Shown here: positions 9,196-19,948 of the stretch, one piece after another
Numbering within the stretch: position 1 is the stretch's first letter
Layout: every line of letters starts with the position of its first letter
Assembly: GCA_965284095.1 (NCBI GenBank)
Contig: CBDIRC010000002.1
Span: 55,411 to 119,410, forward strand
Length of the DNA: 64,000 bases
From: Sediminibacterium sp.
Lineage (GTDB): Bacteria; Bacteroidota; Bacteroidia; Chitinophagales; Chitinophagaceae
Direction: 5' to 3'
Notes under the pieces: model-generated
The model's input: only the letters and a program-made list of their open reading frames with translations
What the model was told of the DNA's origin: nothing
Database searches by the model: none
Program-made: the position numbers and the translations under genes

Positions 9196-9909
9196 TTATT
9201 CTGTATACTTATAGCCCATACCACGGACTGAATGGAAATAGCGGGGATTTCGACTGTCTGACTCAAAATATTTTCTGAAACTCAATATGAAATTATCAAT
9301 GGTTCTAGTTGTAGGATAAACATTGTAACCCCAAACTACTTGCAAAATTTTTTCTCGAGTTACTACTTCGTTTTTGTTTTCTACCAAGAGTTTAAGCAAC
9401 ATCGCTTCTTTTTTGCTAAGTCCAATGGTAGTTCCATTAAAATTGATCGCCTCGAGTGCTTTAAAGTCAATTTTATTGTCACCAAAATGATACACATCTC
9501 CAACAGATTCTTTGACCTGAATTTTTTTATTTTTGGTGATCAGCTTTGCTACTCTTAGTAATAATTCTTCTAAATTAAAAGGCTTCGTAAGATAATCATC
9601 TGCTCCTTTTTTTAATCCTAAGATTCTATCTGAAGCAGCATTTTTTGCACTCAATATTAAAATCGGAACTTCATTATTATGTACTCTTACATTCTCTGTT
9701 ATACTTATTCCATCTACATCCGGAAGCATTATGTCCATAATAATTAAATCGAAATAGGCCGATTCTATTTTGCTCAAAGCTTCTGAACCATCAAATGCCG
9801 ATGTAACTTCGTACCCTTCTAATTCCAAATTAAGTTTTAAGGCCTCATGCAAATTTTGCTCGTCTTCTACCAAGAGTATGTTGGGCTGATCGTTGTTCAT
9901 ATTAAGCAT
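9196..9909 (-). CDS. OmpR-family response regulator (REC + winged helix)
   Basis: ILLVEDE ... IIMDIMLPDVDG ... LTKPF receiver motifs. C-terminal trans_reg_C-like region (VWGY..., RTIDNFI). Overlaps the upstream kinase by 8 nt. Confidence 0.85.
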   Translation of the reverse strand: MLNMNNDQPNILLVEDEQNLHEALKLNLELEGYEVTSAFDGSEALSKIESAYFDLIIMDIMLPDVDGISITENVRVHNNEVPILILSAKNAASDRILGLKKGADDYLTKPFNLEELLLRVAKLITKNKKIQVKESVGDVYHFGDNKIDFKALEAINFNGTTIGLSKKEAMLLKLLVENKNEVVTREKILQVVWGYNVYPTTRTIDNFILSFRKYFESDSRNPRYFHSVRGMGYKYTE

Positions 9910-10876
9910 TAAATTGAACGTTAAAATTACTTCCTGTGGGATGATGATCTGTAACTGAAATTATTGCACCATGCGCTTCGCTTATTTTTTTACACAGATA
10001 CAGACCCAGGCCTGTTCCCTGAGACCTTCTTGTATTTTCATCCCCAATTCTATAAAATTTTATAAATACATTTTTCTTTTCTTCGTCTTTTATACCAACA
10101 CCTGCGTCAATAATTTCTAATTTAATAGTCGTCATTTTTTTAGATAAAACCACATGTATTGGTTTTTCCTTGGGAGAATATTTAATGGCGTTTTCCAATA
10201 AATTATTAATAAGCATTTGTAATAAAAAAGGATCGCCTTGCAGGATCATTTCGGGTTGAATATTTTCTTCGAATTGTCTTAATGGAAATCGATTTTTACA
10301 TTCATCCACACTGGTTTCCAATAAGTCAGTTAAATTAATGGTTTGTTTAGCTGCAGTGTAGTTTCCTCCATCAAATTGGGCTGCAAATAATATATTGTTG
10401 CATAAACTATTTAAACGATTGGCTTCCTGTAAAGTATTGGTGATTAATTTTTGTTGTTTGGCTTCATCCAATTTATGCTTCTGTAATGTCTCTAGGTTTA
10501 ACTGTGTTACTGCAATGGGGGTTTTAAGTTCATGGGTAATGGCCATCATAAAATTTTGTTGTTGAGCAGACAACTTAAATTGACGTCGGGTTGCCCTAAA
10601 AACAAATATTGCCCCTATCAAAATCAATATTAAAAAAGTTAAGCCCTCCCCAATATATTGTGCCGTTTTTCTGCTATTGGCATTTTGAATGACTGAATAC
10701 TGATTGAAATACGCAGGGTCATCTTTTTTTAATTCGCCCAATTTGATTTGGGTTATAGTAGTATTCTGATTTTCAAGTGCAATAAACCACCAGGCCAATG
10801 CTGCTATCATATAAAACAGCAGGAACCAATATACGAAAGTTACAAAGACTAATTTTTGTTGCCGAGGTTTACTCAT
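9902..10876 (-). CDS. Sensor histidine kinase (2 TM, HisKA + HATPase_c)
   Basis: H-box ITHELKTP, N-box LLENAIKYS and G-boxes DAGVGI, GTGLGLYL. Confidence 0.85.
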   Translation of the reverse strand: MSKPRQQKLVFVTFVYWFLLFYMIAALAWWFIALENQNTTITQIKLGELKKDDPAYFNQYSVIQNANSRKTAQYIGEGLTFLILILIGAIFVFRATRRQFKLSAQQQNFMMAITHELKTPIAVTQLNLETLQKHKLDEAKQQKLITNTLQEANRLNSLCNNILFAAQFDGGNYTAAKQTINLTDLLETSVDECKNRFPLRQFEENIQPEMILQGDPFLLQMLINNLLENAIKYSPKEKPIHVVLSKKMTTIKLEIIDAGVGIKDEEKKNVFIKFYRIGDENTRRSQGTGLGLYLCKKISEAHGAIISVTDHHPTGSNFNVQFNA

Positions 10877-11337
10877 GGCAGTACTTTTTCTATTCGAATA
10901 CCAACATTCAACACTCCACTTAAAGGATCTTCCCGCATAATTTGTTGTAATGTAAATGTATAATTACCAGCTTTTAATTTTTGTGGGCTTCTGGTTAACC
11001 TAATTCGATGATCGAAAATATCATCCATCCCAGTTCCTAACCAACCTTTCTTATTATCGGCTAATAATAGATTTACTTGTTGAGTTTTGGCTGTATCATT
11101 TGGCGCTACTGTAGTAATATTCAGCCAACAATTATTGTAACGATAGCTGTCTTCATGACGGATAATGGTATAAATCTGATACAATGAATTGGTATCTGTA
11201 ATGGTGAATGTAAAACTTGGTTTTACTGAACTACTCCAGCTATGCTCCTTGAAAAAACTATTTTTCTCGAATATACCAATGGTATCGCAACTCACTAAAA
11301 AGACAATCAACAATAAGCACAAGCCTAGTTTTTTCAC
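10873..11337 (-). CDS. gldH: Gliding motility / T9SS-associated lipoprotein GldH
   Basis: Lipobox LVSC. About 150 aa. Family-typical blocks Y.YNN.WL, GWLGTG, QQIMRED and L.GV.NVGIRIEK. The stop overlaps the kinase ATG (ATGA). Confidence 0.65.
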   Translation of the reverse strand: MKKLGLCLLLIVFLVSCDTIGIFEKNSFFKEHSWSSSVKPSFTFTITDTNSLYQIYTIIRHEDSYRYNNCWLNITTVAPNDTAKTQQVNLLLADNKKGWLGTGMDDIFDHRIRLTRSPQKLKAGNYTFTLQQIMREDPLSGVLNVGIRIEKVLP

Positions 11338-11376
11338 GTCCTGTATTTTAAACGAAGATAAAGAGAATCACCAATT

Positions 11377-12252
11377 CTATAGAACGTTTAATATTTGTTC
11401 TTTGGCCTTTTCTAATTCATCTTTCATTAGGATGACCGCTTTTTGAATAGTAGAATCATAGGCTTTCGAGCCAGTTGTATTGATTTCTCGACCAAATTCC
11501 TGTAAAATAAAATTGAGCTTTTTGCCCTTTGCGGTTTCTTTTTCAGCAAGAATAGACCTGAAATAGGCACAGTGATTGTTTAATCGTACCTGTTCTTCAC
11601 TGATATCAATTTTTTCAATGTAAAAAATGAGCTCCTGTTCCAATCGGTTTGGATCATAGTTTTCCTTGCCTACATTGTCTTCTAACACTTTTTTCAATCC
11701 TTCGAGAATTTTGGTTCTTCTCAATGGCTCTAGCTCAGCTACAATTTTTTGCTGGGCTTCAATATTAGATAATCGCAACAATAGATCAGCTTCAATAGAT
11801 TTCCCTTCATCTAATCTATGCGCATTCAGATGAGCGATTGCTTCATTGATTAATTGTGCCAGGGATTTCCACTCCTCATCGGTGAGTATTTCGGTGGAAG
11901 CGGTAATTACTTCTGGTAGTTTAAGAATTGTACTTAAAATATCACCTTTTTCTAGATTTAGTTCATCGGCCAAAGCAGCTACTGGTAAGTAATATGCTTT
12001 AGCTAATTCAGTATTGATAGTAACTGGTTTATTGGAACCATTTAATTTTAAATTGATATTGCATTCTACACTTCCTCTTTGCAAACCTTCACTTAGCAAA
12101 TTCCGTACTTCAAATTCAAAAGGTTTAACAATTGAAGGGATATTCAATCTTAAATCGAATTGTTTACCATTGAGGGATCTTACTTCTACCAGAAAATTCT
12201 TGTCTCCGATAGCTTGTTCGGCCCTACCATAACCTGTCATTGAATGCAGCAT
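11377..12252 (-). CDS. yicC: YicC-family stress-induced protein
   Basis: N-terminus MLHSMTGYGRAE matches the YicC signature (E. coli MIRSMTAYARRE). Length 291 aa. C-terminal DUF1732-like EFGREINTTGSK. Confidence 0.8.
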   Translation of the reverse strand: MLHSMTGYGRAEQAIGDKNFLVEVRSLNGKQFDLRLNIPSIVKPFEFEVRNLLSEGLQRGSVECNINLKLNGSNKPVTINTELAKAYYLPVAALADELNLEKGDILSTILKLPEVITASTEILTDEEWKSLAQLINEAIAHLNAHRLDEGKSIEADLLLRLSNIEAQQKIVAELEPLRRTKILEGLKKVLEDNVGKENYDPNRLEQELIFYIEKIDISEEQVRLNNHCAYFRSILAEKETAKGKKLNFILQEFGREINTTGSKAYDSTIQKAVILMKDELEKAKEQILNVL

Positions 12253-12296
12253 AAATACCTGTTTGCGTAAAAGTAATGGAACAAAGGGAGATTTTA

Positions 12297-13034
12297 CTAA
12301 AAATCAATGCCTACCCATTTACGTTTGCTCTTTTCGTATTTCTCAAAATTAAATTTGTAGAGTTTTCCGGGACGGTGAGATACATCTTGTTCTAATTCAT
12401 TGATATCAATCAACAAATCCATAGAAGCAAATTTTTTACGGAAATTCCTTCTGTCTAAAGTAACGCCCAATATAGCTTCATATAAATTTTGCAACTCCCT
12501 TAAAGAAAATTTATCTGGCAACAGGTTAAAGCCCAAAGGATGTTCCTGAATATTTTTTTGTAGCCAATCATGACAATATTCCATGATTTCTTTATGGTCA
12601 AAGGCAAGATCTTTAATGGAATGGTAATTATACCAGTCTAGTTCATGATCATGTATATTCAAAGCATGGTGCTGAATATTTAAAAGGGAACAATAAGCAA
12701 TGGTAATAACCCTACCGCCTGGATGACGAGATGGTTTTCCGAATACACGAACTTGATCTAGAAAAACATTGTTCATTCCGGTTCTTTCCTTCAGAATTCG
12801 GTATGCCGCGTCATCTAAGTCCTCATTGTCTTTAACAAAATCTCCTAATAAAGAAAGTTTATTTTTAAAGATTTTAAGATCGCTCTTGATGAGCAAAACT
12901 TTGAGTTTATTCTCTTCAAATCCAAAAATCACACAATCCACTGTTAATGGCACTTTAGGGTAGGAAAGCACCAATGGAACAGCATCTTGTATCAGCTGTT
13001 GGGAAGCTATATCCTGATCCCGCTTTATATTCAT
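12297..13034 (-). CDS. NrtR-like Nudix-fold transcriptional regulator (degenerate Nudix box + C-terminal winged helix)
   Basis: Nudix-like GDFVKDNEDLDDAAYRILKERTG lacks the catalytic REx2EE glutamates. The C-terminal ~80 aa is basic and wHTH-like (LDRRNFRKKF). Confidence 0.5.
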   Translation of the reverse strand: MNIKRDQDIASQQLIQDAVPLVLSYPKVPLTVDCVIFGFEENKLKVLLIKSDLKIFKNKLSLLGDFVKDNEDLDDAAYRILKERTGMNNVFLDQVRVFGKPSRHPGGRVITIAYCSLLNIQHHALNIHDHELDWYNYHSIKDLAFDHKEIMEYCHDWLQKNIQEHPLGFNLLPDKFSLRELQNLYEAILGVTLDRRNFRKKFASMDLLIDINELEQDVSHRPGKLYKFNFEKYEKSKRKWVGIDF

Positions 13035-13094
13035 AGTAGCATCGTTAGAAAATGGGGTTAACCCAACAATCGTTTAGCAATATACAAAGTTTAG

Positions 13095-15215
<2,121 letters not shown>

Positions 15216-15221
15216 AACAAA

Positions 15222-15893
15222 ATGCTTCAAAATACTACTTTACAGTTTTTAAAACTGTTGAAAAAGAACAACAACAAAGCCTGGTTTGATACCAATAGGC
15301 CAAAATACGAAATAGCCAAGGCTGATTTTACAGAGTTGGTGAAAAAAACATTGGAAGCATTTATAAAAAAGGACAAAACGCTTGATACGCTTACATTTAA
15401 AGATTGTATGTTCCGTATAAACAGAGATGTGCGATTCAGTAAAAACAAAGACCCATACAAAACCAATATGGCTATGTATTTTGTTAAGGGCGGAAAGAAA
15501 TCGAATTTAGCAGGATATTATTTTCATTGTGAGCCAGGAGGAAAAAGCTTTGTAGGAGGCGGATTGTACGGAGGGGAAGCAGATCAAATAAAAAAGGTAA
15601 GACAAGAAATAGATTATAACTGGAAAGAATTCAGTGGAATCATTTCCAACAAAACATTTAAAAAATATTTTGGCGATTTATCTAGAGATATGGCCAATAG
15701 TTTACAACGAGAACCCAAGGGTTACGAAAAAGACAATCCAGCAATTGACTATTTAAAGATGAAAAGCTGGGTAGCTTCTATGCCCATCAACGATACTGAT
15801 TTGACCGACCCCCATCTTTCTAAAAAAATAATTGAAGCATTTGCTGCAATGCAACAATTGAATCATTTTTTTAATAGAGCCCTCGAAGAATAG
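15222..15893 (+). CDS. DUF2461 (TIGR02453) family protein
   Basis: N-terminal FLKLLKKNNNKAWFDTNRPKYE and the RINRDVRFSKNKDPYKT block are typical of this family. Confidence 0.65.
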   Translation: MLQNTTLQFLKLLKKNNNKAWFDTNRPKYEIAKADFTELVKKTLEAFIKKDKTLDTLTFKDCMFRINRDVRFSKNKDPYKTNMAMYFVKGGKKSNLAGYYFHCEPGGKSFVGGGLYGGEADQIKKVRQEIDYNWKEFSGIISNKTFKKYFGDLSRDMANSLQREPKGYEKDNPAIDYLKMKSWVASMPINDTDLTDPHLSKKIIEAFAAMQQLNHFFNRALEE

Positions 15894-15920
15894 AATAGTT
15901 ATTGGTTACTGGTAATTGGG

Positions 15921-17108
15921 TTATAAGTAACTTAGCCACCATTTTTTATGGGTTGATTTATACCGATCGTATCTTTTACAGATTGGATATAATATGAACA
16001 TCAGCATAACCCATACTGCATACACTACCCATAATGGATAACCCCATTGTATATTTCTAAATAAAAAGGGCGAATTGTAATCGATAATATCTTTTACACC
16101 CTTGCCCGATATAAAAAACAATATCACACAAGTTAGATGCACCAAGAAAAAATGCCAGAGATAATAATAAAATGCAACACGTCCGAACACACTTACTTTT
16201 TTGGTCCATTCAGCTGATGTTTTTTCGAGCAAAGACAATGCAACTAACGCAGGTCCTAAAGTAATACAGCAATAAAGTAAAGAAGGTGGGTATTTAGTCA
16301 CATTGAAAAATGAAATGATTGTATAAGCTGTTCCACGCGTTTGAATGGCCCATTTACTTGGGTCTCCATATATATTGGTGTATCGCAAAATAACATAGAA
16401 GATAATTGTTGAAATGCCAGCCAAGAGAAGTTGTTGCTGTCTTTTATTCGAATCATAATCTTTATTATACCATGTGCCAGTACAATAACCCAGCATCATC
16501 ACACCTATCCAAGGAATAATCGGATACCCAATAGCCAATAATCGCATTGGTGCATATTCAAGAAAAGCTTGTTGATGAATGATAGCAAACCAAAAAGGTA
16601 TTTTGGTTGGATCTGCATAATTGAACTGGTCTAATAGATTATGTCCAAAAATCATTGCGATGGCAATCAATAAAATAAATCTAAAGGGTAAATAAATGAG
16701 TGCCGACATTAAGACCATCGAAAGCCCGATCACCCAAATAACTTGTAGCATTACAAAATTATATAAGGGATTAAAGCTCATTAACAAATTCACAATGGCT
16801 ATTTCTGCAAACATGAACCAGAGACCTCTTTTGATTAGGAAAACGGAAAGTTCTTTTTTAGACTTGCGTTGTGCCTGCAAATAAATAGAAGTTCCAGAAA
16901 GAAATACAAAAATTGGCGCACAATAATGCGTAATGAAACGAGTAAAGAAAACTGCTGGAGATGTAGATGCTAAACTAGTAGGATCCTGAGCCATTCCATG
17001 AATATGAATAAAGTCACGTATATGATCTATGGCCATGATCATCATTACTATACCTCTAAGGATATCGATACTTAAGATACGTTGTTTGGAAGGTAAAGAT
17101 GTATTCAT
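15921..17108 (-). CDS. DUF1624 / heparan-alpha-glucosaminide N-acetyltransferase-like membrane protein
   Basis: RILSIDILRGIVMMIMAIDHIRDF N-terminal signature. Polytopic membrane protein of 395 aa. Confidence 0.6.
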   Translation of the reverse strand: MNTSLPSKQRILSIDILRGIVMMIMAIDHIRDFIHIHGMAQDPTSLASTSPAVFFTRFITHYCAPIFVFLSGTSIYLQAQRKSKKELSVFLIKRGLWFMFAEIAIVNLLMSFNPLYNFVMLQVIWVIGLSMVLMSALIYLPFRFILLIAIAMIFGHNLLDQFNYADPTKIPFWFAIIHQQAFLEYAPMRLLAIGYPIIPWIGVMMLGYCTGTWYNKDYDSNKRQQQLLLAGISTIIFYVILRYTNIYGDPSKWAIQTRGTAYTIISFFNVTKYPPSLLYCCITLGPALVALSLLEKTSAEWTKKVSVFGRVAFYYYLWHFFLVHLTCVILFFISGKGVKDIIDYNSPFLFRNIQWGYPLWVVYAVWVMLMFILYPICKRYDRYKSTHKKWWLSYL

Positions 17109-17175
17109 ATTACTAAGTTAGAAGAATAGTTTATTGTTGTGTCATTATTTACTAATTTACTTCAATATTTAAAAT

Positions 17176-17625
17176 ATGATTACCCACAAAACCATTGCAT
17201 TGATTGCACACGATGCTCGAAAGAGCGACATGATTCAATGGGTGATATTCAATGCAGAAACATTGCTAAAAAATAAACTGGTCTGTACTGGCACTACCGG
17301 TGGCTTAATTGAAAAAGCATTAGCGGAAATTGTTGGGCCCGATTTTGAATCGAATGTTACTAAAATGTTATCTGGGCCAATGGGTGGTGATGCACAAATT
17401 GCCGCAATGGTCGTGGAAGAAAAAATTGACTTATGTGTTTTTTTGATTGATGATTTAACTGCCAATCCACATGAAGCCGATATTCAAATGCTCTTAAGAC
17501 AATGCAGATTACATAATATTCCTGTGGCCATTAATCGACATTCTGCAGACTTAATGATTACTTCTTCTTTATGGGGAACAAAGTACGCTCCTACCGACCC
17601 TACTTATAAAAAGTTTAAGCGGTAG
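17176..17625 (+). CDS. mgsA: Methylglyoxal synthase
   Basis: IALIAHDARK, TGTTG and DPL-like blocks. About 150 aa. Confidence 0.85.
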   Translation: MITHKTIALIAHDARKSDMIQWVIFNAETLLKNKLVCTGTTGGLIEKALAEIVGPDFESNVTKMLSGPMGGDAQIAAMVVEEKIDLCVFLIDDLTANPHEADIQMLLRQCRLHNIPVAINRHSADLMITSSLWGTKYAPTDPTYKKFKR

Positions 17626-17672
17626 ATTTATGCCGCTTTATAGCATTGACATTGCCATCCCCTACAGAATAA

Positions 17673-18662
17673 TTAAATAATCCCCTTCTCCATTAAGTAC
17701 TCAGCAATTTGAACTGCATTGGTAGCTGCCCCTTTTCTTAAATTATCACTTACGATCCACATGTTCAAAGTATTCGACTGAGTTTCATCTCTGCGAATAC
17801 GCCCTACGAAAACTTCGTCTTTTTCGTGAGCCCATAAAGGCATTGGGTATTGTTGATTGGCAATATCATCCTGCACAATTACACCTGGTGCGGCTGCTAA
17901 AATGGCTTTTAGTTCTGCAATATCAAAATCATTGGCAAATTCTACATTTACGCTTTCGCTATGTCCTCCCATTACTGGTATACGAACTGTTGTTGCAGTT
18001 ACTCTAATAGAATCGTCTTGCATAATTTTATTAGTTTCCTTCACCATCTTCATTTCTTCTTTGGTATAACCATTGTCTAAAAAAACATCAATCTGAGGAA
18101 TTACATTTAGATCGATTGCATATTTGTATGCCATTTCTCCTTCTACTCCATTTCTTTCATTCATCAATTGATCTACGGCTTTTTTTCCTGTTCCTGTAAC
18201 GCTTTGGTAAGTGCTTACAACAACACGTTTGATTTTATACTTTACATGCAAAGGCTGTAATGCCACCACCATTTGAATAGTAGAACAGTTTGGATTAGCA
18301 ATGATAAAATCATCTTTGGTTAATACCGATGCATTTACTTCTGGCACCACTAATTTTTTAGTAGGATCCATTCTCCAAGCAGATGAATTGTCAATCACTC
18401 TTATTCCAGCAGCAGCATATTTAGGTGCCCACTCTAATGATGTTCCACCTCCAGCAGAAAAAATAGCTACCGCAGGTTTTGCATCAATACCATCTTGCAT
18501 ACTCACTACTTTAAATGCTTTTCCTTTAAAGTTTACTTCTTTACCTACTGATCTTTCAGAAGCTACCGGTACTATTTCTGTTACCGGAAAATTGCGTTCT
18601 GCTAATACCTGCAACATTTTTGTTCCTACTAAACCTGTTGCGCCTACTACTGCTACTTTCAT
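17673..18662 (-). CDS. asd: Aspartate-semialdehyde dehydrogenase
   Basis: MKVAVVGATGLVG Rossmann N-terminus. Active-site NCSTIQM. Length 329 aa. Confidence 0.9.
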   Translation of the reverse strand: MKVAVVGATGLVGTKMLQVLAERNFPVTEIVPVASERSVGKEVNFKGKAFKVVSMQDGIDAKPAVAIFSAGGGTSLEWAPKYAAAGIRVIDNSSAWRMDPTKKLVVPEVNASVLTKDDFIIANPNCSTIQMVVALQPLHVKYKIKRVVVSTYQSVTGTGKKAVDQLMNERNGVEGEMAYKYAIDLNVIPQIDVFLDNGYTKEEMKMVKETNKIMQDDSIRVTATTVRIPVMGGHSESVNVEFANDFDIAELKAILAAAPGVIVQDDIANQQYPMPLWAHEKDEVFVGRIRRDETQSNTLNMWIVSDNLRKGAATNAVQIAEYLMEKGII

Positions 18663-18703
18663 GGTGTTCCCCCCGAGTTCTCGTTTCCGAGATTTTTTTG
18701 GTT

Positions 18704-18739
18704 AAAAAAAAGAGACCCTCCATTTTTGGAAGGTCTCTG
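18704..18739 (-). terminator. Intrinsic terminator / attenuator hairpin in the asd leader
   Basis: Minus strand: CAGAGACCUUCC-AAAAAU-GGAGGGUCUCU followed by a U-run of 7-8. It lies about 40 nt upstream of the asd ATG. Confidence 0.7.
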
Positions 18740-18777
18740 TTAATATAGTTGATATACAAACGTTCAGTACCTTCCGC

Positions 18778-18822
18778 TTAGCGTGGTTTCTTTGTGCGTT
18801 TTGTATGTTTCATTGTGTTCAT
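18778..18822 (-). promoter_or_regulatory. Candidate leader peptide ORF (MNTMKHTKRTKKPR) of an asd attenuator
   Basis: ATG AAC ACA ATG AAA CAT ACA AAA CGC ACA AAG AAA CCA CGC TAA. 9 of 14 codons are Thr, Lys or Met. The stop lies 2 nt before GGAAGGU, which is complementary to the terminator 5' arm. A TATATTTG box sits at 18837-18830. Confidence 0.3.
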
Positions 18823-18852
18823 GTAGTTACAAATATATTGTAAAAGATTTAA

Positions 18853-19773
18853 TTATCCCAGAGAGATATCAAAATTTACTAACTGAACAAATTCTTCTAA
18901 TCTGGTATCAATATCTGATTTATTGATTTCTCTCAAACGCTCAGTTCCAAATTTCTCTACACAGAAAGAAGCCATTGCACTTCCAATTATGATGGCTGTT
19001 TTCATATTCTCAAAAGAAATATCTTTTGTTTTGGCTAAGTGCCCGATGAATCCACCTGCAAAAGTATCTCCGGCTCCTGTTGGATCGAATACTTCTTCTA
19101 ATGGCAATGCTGGGGCAAAGAATACTTTTGATCCATGGAATAATAAAGCACCATGTTCTCCTTTTTTAATGATCACATATTTAGGTCCCATGTTCATAAT
19201 AGTTGCGGCGGCTCTAACCAATGAATAATCGCCACTTAATTGACGAGCTTCACTATCGTTCACCATCAACACATCAACCATCGACAATGTTTTTTTCAAA
19301 TCATCCATTGCTATATCCATCCACAAATTCATGGTATCTAATACAATCAACTTAGGTCTTTTGCGTAATTGTTCTATCACCGATCTTTGAACGGCTGGAA
19401 CCAGATTTCCCAACATTAAAAATTCGCAATCCTGAAAACTTTCAGGTACAACTGGTTGAAAATTTTCTAACACATTTAATTGTGTATCGAGGGTATCTCT
19501 GCTATTCATGTCCATATGATAGCGGCCACTCCAGAAAAATGTTTTCTCATCTTTCTTAATTTGAACTCCTTCCAGATCTACATTACGATTGGTCAAAGCG
19601 TCTAATTCAGCCTGAGGAAAATCTCCTCCAACAACTGAAATTTGCTTAACTGGTACAAAATTGGAAGCACACCAGGCTATATAAGTTCCTGCTCCACCAA
19701 TAATTTTATCTGTTTTTCCAAAGGGAGTTTCAATGGCATCAAAAGCCATAGACCCAACAACTACTAATGACAT
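18853..19773 (-). CDS. PfkB-family carbohydrate/nucleoside kinase
   Basis: GGAGTY-type N-terminal block and C-terminal DPTGAGDTFAGGF signature. Confidence 0.8.
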   Translation of the reverse strand: MSLVVVGSMAFDAIETPFGKTDKIIGGAGTYIAWCASNFVPVKQISVVGGDFPQAELDALTNRNVDLEGVQIKKDEKTFFWSGRYHMDMNSRDTLDTQLNVLENFQPVVPESFQDCEFLMLGNLVPAVQRSVIEQLRKRPKLIVLDTMNLWMDIAMDDLKKTLSMVDVLMVNDSEARQLSGDYSLVRAAATIMNMGPKYVIIKKGEHGALLFHGSKVFFAPALPLEEVFDPTGAGDTFAGGFIGHLAKTKDISFENMKTAIIIGSAMASFCVEKFGTERLREINKSDIDTRLEEFVQLVNFDISLG

Positions 19774-19834
19774 AGAATGATTTTTGTTATTGGGGAGCGA
19801 AATTAGGGGTTTATTGGGTAATAAGCGAATTCAT

Positions 19835-19875
19835 CCGGTCAGACCGAGTTGGTCTGACCGGTTTGGTCTGACCAG
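19835..19875. promoter_or_regulatory. Three tandem 14-bp units each carrying the palindrome GGTCWGACC (candidate TetR operator array)
   Basis: ggtcagaccgagtt / ggtctgaccggttt / ggtctgaccagtat start at 19837, 19851 and 19865. They lie in the divergent pfkB-tetR promoter region. Confidence 0.5.
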
Positions 19876-19948
19876 TATTCATACTAACAAAAAAATAAAT
19901 TATAGTCAAAATATTTGCTAACATCCGTTAGTATATTATCTTCGCCCC

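Noticed and set aside
18301-18705. 134-aa ORF antisense to asd, and similar shadows at 48563..49027 and 43816..44124
   Set aside because: Antisense shadows of strongly supported genes, with no independent start context or motifs.
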